Shown here: positions 60,800 to 64,000 of the stretch, piece after piece
Layout: every line of letters starts with the position of its first letter
Position numbering within the stretch: position 1 is the stretch's first letter
Source of the DNA: an uncultured Actinomycetota bacterium
GTDB lineage: Bacteria; Actinomycetota; Thermoleophilia; RBG-16-64-13
Direction of reading: 5' to 3'
Length of the DNA: 64,000 nt
Assembly: GCA_963796315.1 (NCBI GenBank)
Contig: CAWCLH010000019.1
Location: 256,676 to 320,675, forward strand
Made by a program: the position numbers and the translations under genes
The notes under the pieces: model-generated
Database searches by the model: none
Told to the model about the DNA's origin: nothing
Seen by the model: the letters and a program-made list of their open reading frames with translations, nothing else

Positions 60800-62129
60800 C
60801 CTAGTCTGAGAGCGCAACCTCGACGACGGCATGCCCGTGCGATGACTTGCGCAATTCGCGCCGAAGCGGCACCGTCTAGTCTGAACAGGTGATCCTCGAC
60901 TACCCGAATTCCCCCTTCATATAGTTTGTGCCGCACCTGTTGATTCTCCATAGCGTCATGAACGGCAGTTGACAGGTCTTGGCTGTTTGTTACATTTAGC
61001 GCTCCTCCGTATCGGTATGCGTCAAATTCTAACTCTTGAAGGTAGGCTACAGTTACAATTGGTATACCTCTAACAATTGCGTGATATGCAACAGTGGAAA
61101 ACATAGTTACTAACACGTCTACATCATCTAGCATGTCTACTGCATCGCCATAGTTCTGATTTCCAGCAAATTCTTCCGAGCATCGGAATTATGTATCACC
61201 TTAAGTAGATTATGTACGTTCGCCTTCGAAAAAGGATGGAGCTTAATAATAAGGGAATAACCGTGCTCGTCACAACAAATACGTGTCAAATCTTCGAAGA
61301 ATGCCATTTCAGCAGACTCCTCTAAAATGTGCTGCTGGGCATACATTACTCTGCCATCAAGTGTTTGGCGGGTAGCATCCCGGAAGTTCCGTAATGTGAT
61401 CGAAGCTCGGGTTACCTACCACAAATGCCGTGTCACTTCGACGACCGTGACGTATGGTCTCTCTCTTTGAAGCGTTACCATACGCACAAAAACAATCAGA
61501 ATGGGTATACGGTATCCTAGTCTCCCGGAACAGTTCATGAGGAACACGGCGGAGCAACCAGCGTGCAGAACTGCGTAACCCACCTCCGAGCGCTGCGCGC
61601 AGTCTGGGCTCATCAGGCGGATCCTGAGCCGGAAACAGGCCCTCCTGTACCGCTATCGAGGGAATCCTCGTACCTTCGCCCAGTAGACCAACACTCGGAG
61701 CCATTTGTAGTAGTCCAGGTGCGTGACGATCGCAGCGAACGGTGGTCGTGAGAAGATCAATCGAGCTCCGCGAGCAGTACCTAACTCTACTAGCGGATTC
61801 CAGGACGCGAGTCCGAAATGGCTGTTCGACAGCGGGAGTCTCACAGTGCGACAGCCTGGAACGGCGTAATCCGCGGTCGGCAGCGTCCGTTCCTCGTCAA
61901 GTTCTGCGTACAACGTTGCAACGGTTAGTCCCGTCTCCAGACATGCCGCTGCAATGCGCTGCTGCTGCCGCACAACATTCTTGTTCGCCACCATGAAGAT
62001 TGCCACGTCCGCAAGCCACTCCCCTTCCCAAGGCCGGCCATCTACCAGCACAGGAAGGCGTGGACCCCTGGTGACGGCGCGGACTACTCGTTCAAGGGAT
62101 CTGTCGAATGAGAAACTCCTGAAAGCCAA
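60800..62129 (-). pseudogene. AT-rich glycosyltransferase of the capsule-synthesis (KpsS/KpsC-like) or TagF-like type, split into four ORF pieces
   Basis: Pieces 61653-62129, 61357-61704, 61137-61346 and 60649-61134. ..GYSLIIKLHPFSK.. and ..DVLVTMFSTVAYHAIVRGIPIVTVAY.. resemble the KxHP and xxTxxSTxxxEAxxxGxPV motifs of those families. Confidence 0.45.
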
Positions 62130-62687
62130 CAGAACTCCTTATCTGAATTCCTCACCTAGCAGGCATATAGCGAGCCACTCATTAAGAAGCTTAGCAGGTG
62201 TCCGCAACAACTCGATGCCTCACAGTCTGTGACTGCCGACATCTGCACACTCGAAGAGTGGGAACCATGCGAGTGTATTGCTCCCCGATTCAAGCCACGA
62301 GTTGCTCTTGTGCGCCCGATACTAGGGCGGCGCGGGCCACGATCCGGTACCTGTCAACCCCAATGAGACGGTCGGTGTTCGTAATCGGTGAGCAGCCTCC
62401 TTCCCTCGGGCTTATTGATTAGCAGGCTGTTGACAATCGACGCCCGGTGGCTGCCCCAGTGAGCGGCCGAGTATGCTGACGGGCGCTGGGGAGGGAGACC
62501 TCGGGATAGCGTCCCAGAAGCGCTCGTTGTGATGTTCAGTGAGGACCGCCGCCTGCTCGGCCAAATAGAGTGTCGACGCCGCCTGAATAATGGACACCTG
62601 CGCCGGTTGAAATCTGAACACTCTGGAGTGGTTCTGGTTTCTGCGAGACCCTTGCGTCCCGGAAGACGGGCGTGAGGGGAGGGAGGC

Positions 62688-63911
62688 GTGTATCAGGTGC
62701 ACGACTGGGCTGAGGTGCGGCGGTTGCGCGCAGAGGAGAACGATCAACAAGATCGCCAAGGAGCTCGGCATGAGCCGGACCACGGTCTATCGGCTGCTCG
62801 CGCTGCGCGAGCCGCCGAGCTAGTCCGTGCGGCCGAGGCCTCCTCGCTCTTGACCCCTTCAAGGAGCAGATCGCCGCGCTTCTCGACGAGGACGAACGGG
62901 CGCCGGCCACGGTCATCCTCGAGCGGCTGCGGGCCCAGGGCTACGCGGGCGGCATCACCATCCTAAAGGACCACCTGGCCGAGGTGCGCCCTCACTTCCT
63001 GGCCGCCCGTGCCTATCAGCGCACGACCTATCTGCCCGGCGAGATCCGGCCAGCTCGACTGGTGGCAGCCGCCGCTCAAGCTGCCGTGGGTCTCGCGCAC
63101 AAGCGCCAGGTCCACGGCGCTCGTGGCCACGCTTCCCCACTCGGCCGCCCATGCCTGCGTCTTCACCTTCGGAAAGACCCTGGCCGATCTCTTGCCGGCC
63201 TTCCTCGGCTGTCTTACGCGCCTGGGCGGGGTCCCTCAGGCCGTCGTGCCGACAACGATACCTCGCTCCTTGCACTCCGGCTACGGCCGTCGCGCCCGGC
63301 TCCACGTCGAAGCTCGCCGCCCTCTTCGGTCACCTGCGCCTGCAAGGCCATCGTGCTCGGCCCGGCCGGCCCGAGTCGAAGGGCCAGGTGGAGCGCACGA
63401 ACGGCTACCTGGAGAGCTCCTTCCTGCCCCTGCGCACCTTCGGGACCTCGCCGACCTGCAGGCCCAGAGGACACCTGGACCCGGGAGGTGGCCTTTCGCC
63501 GCCACCACCGGCGGGTGGGGGCCGTGGTCGGCGACGCCTGGCGGGTGGAGCAGGGCTACCTCGCCCCGCTTCCCGATCCTGCTCCCGACACCGACCGGCA
63601 CACTGGAGACCCGGGTGACCAAGGACGCCTTCGTGCGCGTCGCCGGCGCCGACTACTCGGTGCCGCCCGGGCCTCGTCGGCCGGCGGGTGCAGATCCGGC
63701 TCTCGCCCACTGAGGTCGCGGTCTTCCTCGAGGGCCGCGAGATCGGCCCGCCACCTCGCAGCTACGTGCCCGCCGACGTCGTCATCGACCCCGAGCATGC
63801 TCGGGCGCTCATCGCCGCCCGGGAGGCCAAGCGACCGCCTCGCCGCGGTGACGTCCCCGTCGAGCCCCCGATCTTGCCCGCTACGACGATCTCCTGGGGG
63901 TGGCGCTGTGA
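62688..63911 (+). pseudogene. istA: IS21-family transposase IstA; many frameshifts
   Basis: MYQVHDWAEVRRLRA..INKIAKELGMSRTTVYRLL (HTH) .. ERLRAQGYAGGITILKDHLAEVRP .. GQLDWW .. RKGQVERTNGYLESSF .. VTKDAFVRVAGADYSVPP .. VQIRLSPTEVAVFLEGREI, read across all three frames. Confidence 0.8.
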
Positions 63912-64000
63912 GTCGGCCGGCGTCTGAGGTCGCCTACCTCTCCCGGGCGCTTAAAGGCCCCGCGCATCCGCGAGACGGCCGCGCTTCTGGCCGAACGGGC
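63908..64000 (+). pseudogene. istB: IstB helper ATPase, N-terminal codons only (window edge); one frameshift
   Basis: VSRPASEVAYLSRALK|APRIRETAALLAER. The GTG overlaps the istA TGA. Confidence 0.6.

Larger units (their letters stand above)
62688..64000 (+). mobile_element. IS21-family element (istA-istB), right part outside the window; left terminus not identified
   Basis: An istA-like gene is followed by a GTGA-overlapping istB-like start. See the two gene entries. Confidence 0.7.

Overview
A visibly high-GC bacterial chromosome segment. Gene content and synteny point to a high-GC Firmicutes-type lineage: tmk-holB-ricT/yaaT, a SpoIIAA-like STAS protein, DUF1002 and an SLH-anchored surface protein. 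This placement is inference only. Layout: (1) 1-5.0 kb holds a CaiB-like CoA-transferase, an acyl-CoA dehydrogenase, FixC, FixX and EtfBA, followed by tatAC on the other strand. (2) 6.5-16.7 kb is an 11-gene complex I operon, nuoABCDHIJKLMN, with no nuoEFG. (3) 16.8-30.3 kb carries core genes: a transglutaminase-like protein, ggt, a DUF3786-like protein, an amidohydrolase, TPR and STAS proteins, a type IA topoisomerase, DUF1002, tmk, holB, ricT, and a CxxCH / CopD-like / cytochrome-b5-like membrane protein. (4) 30.5-38.7 kb is a tRNA-Thr-associated island closed by a displaced copy of the tRNA 3' half. It carries an IS30 element, an IstB fragment and two paralogous beta-helix surface proteins that share a ~0.98 kb near-identical repeat. 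The second paralogue is preceded by what reads as a class I c-di-GMP riboswitch. (5) msrQP. (6) 40.5-62.1 kb is a visibly lower-GC glycan locus. It combines a PglF/PglE/PglC-like priming branch with a legionaminic-acid-type nonulosonic acid pathway (CBS-nucleotidyltransferase, dehydratase, aminotransferase, NeuD/PglD-type acetyltransferase, NeuC, NeuB, NeuA). It also has an uncharacterised tailoring block (SDR, Gfo/Idh/MocA, SDR, deacetylase, aminopeptidase-like/winged-helix protein), a ~780-aa polytopic membrane protein and a decayed AT-rich KpsS/TagF-like transferase. (7) An IS21 element runs off the right edge. The dominant cross-cutting signal is frameshifts. By my hand count there are roughly 70-80 single-base frameshifts, mostly +1 insertions. 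They cluster in blocks that alternate with error-free blocks, so about half of the genes cannot be translated full length as sequenced. I mark these as pseudogene 'as sequenced', but sequencing or assembly indels are the more likely cause. All functional calls come from reading the translations and motifs by eye; no searches were run.
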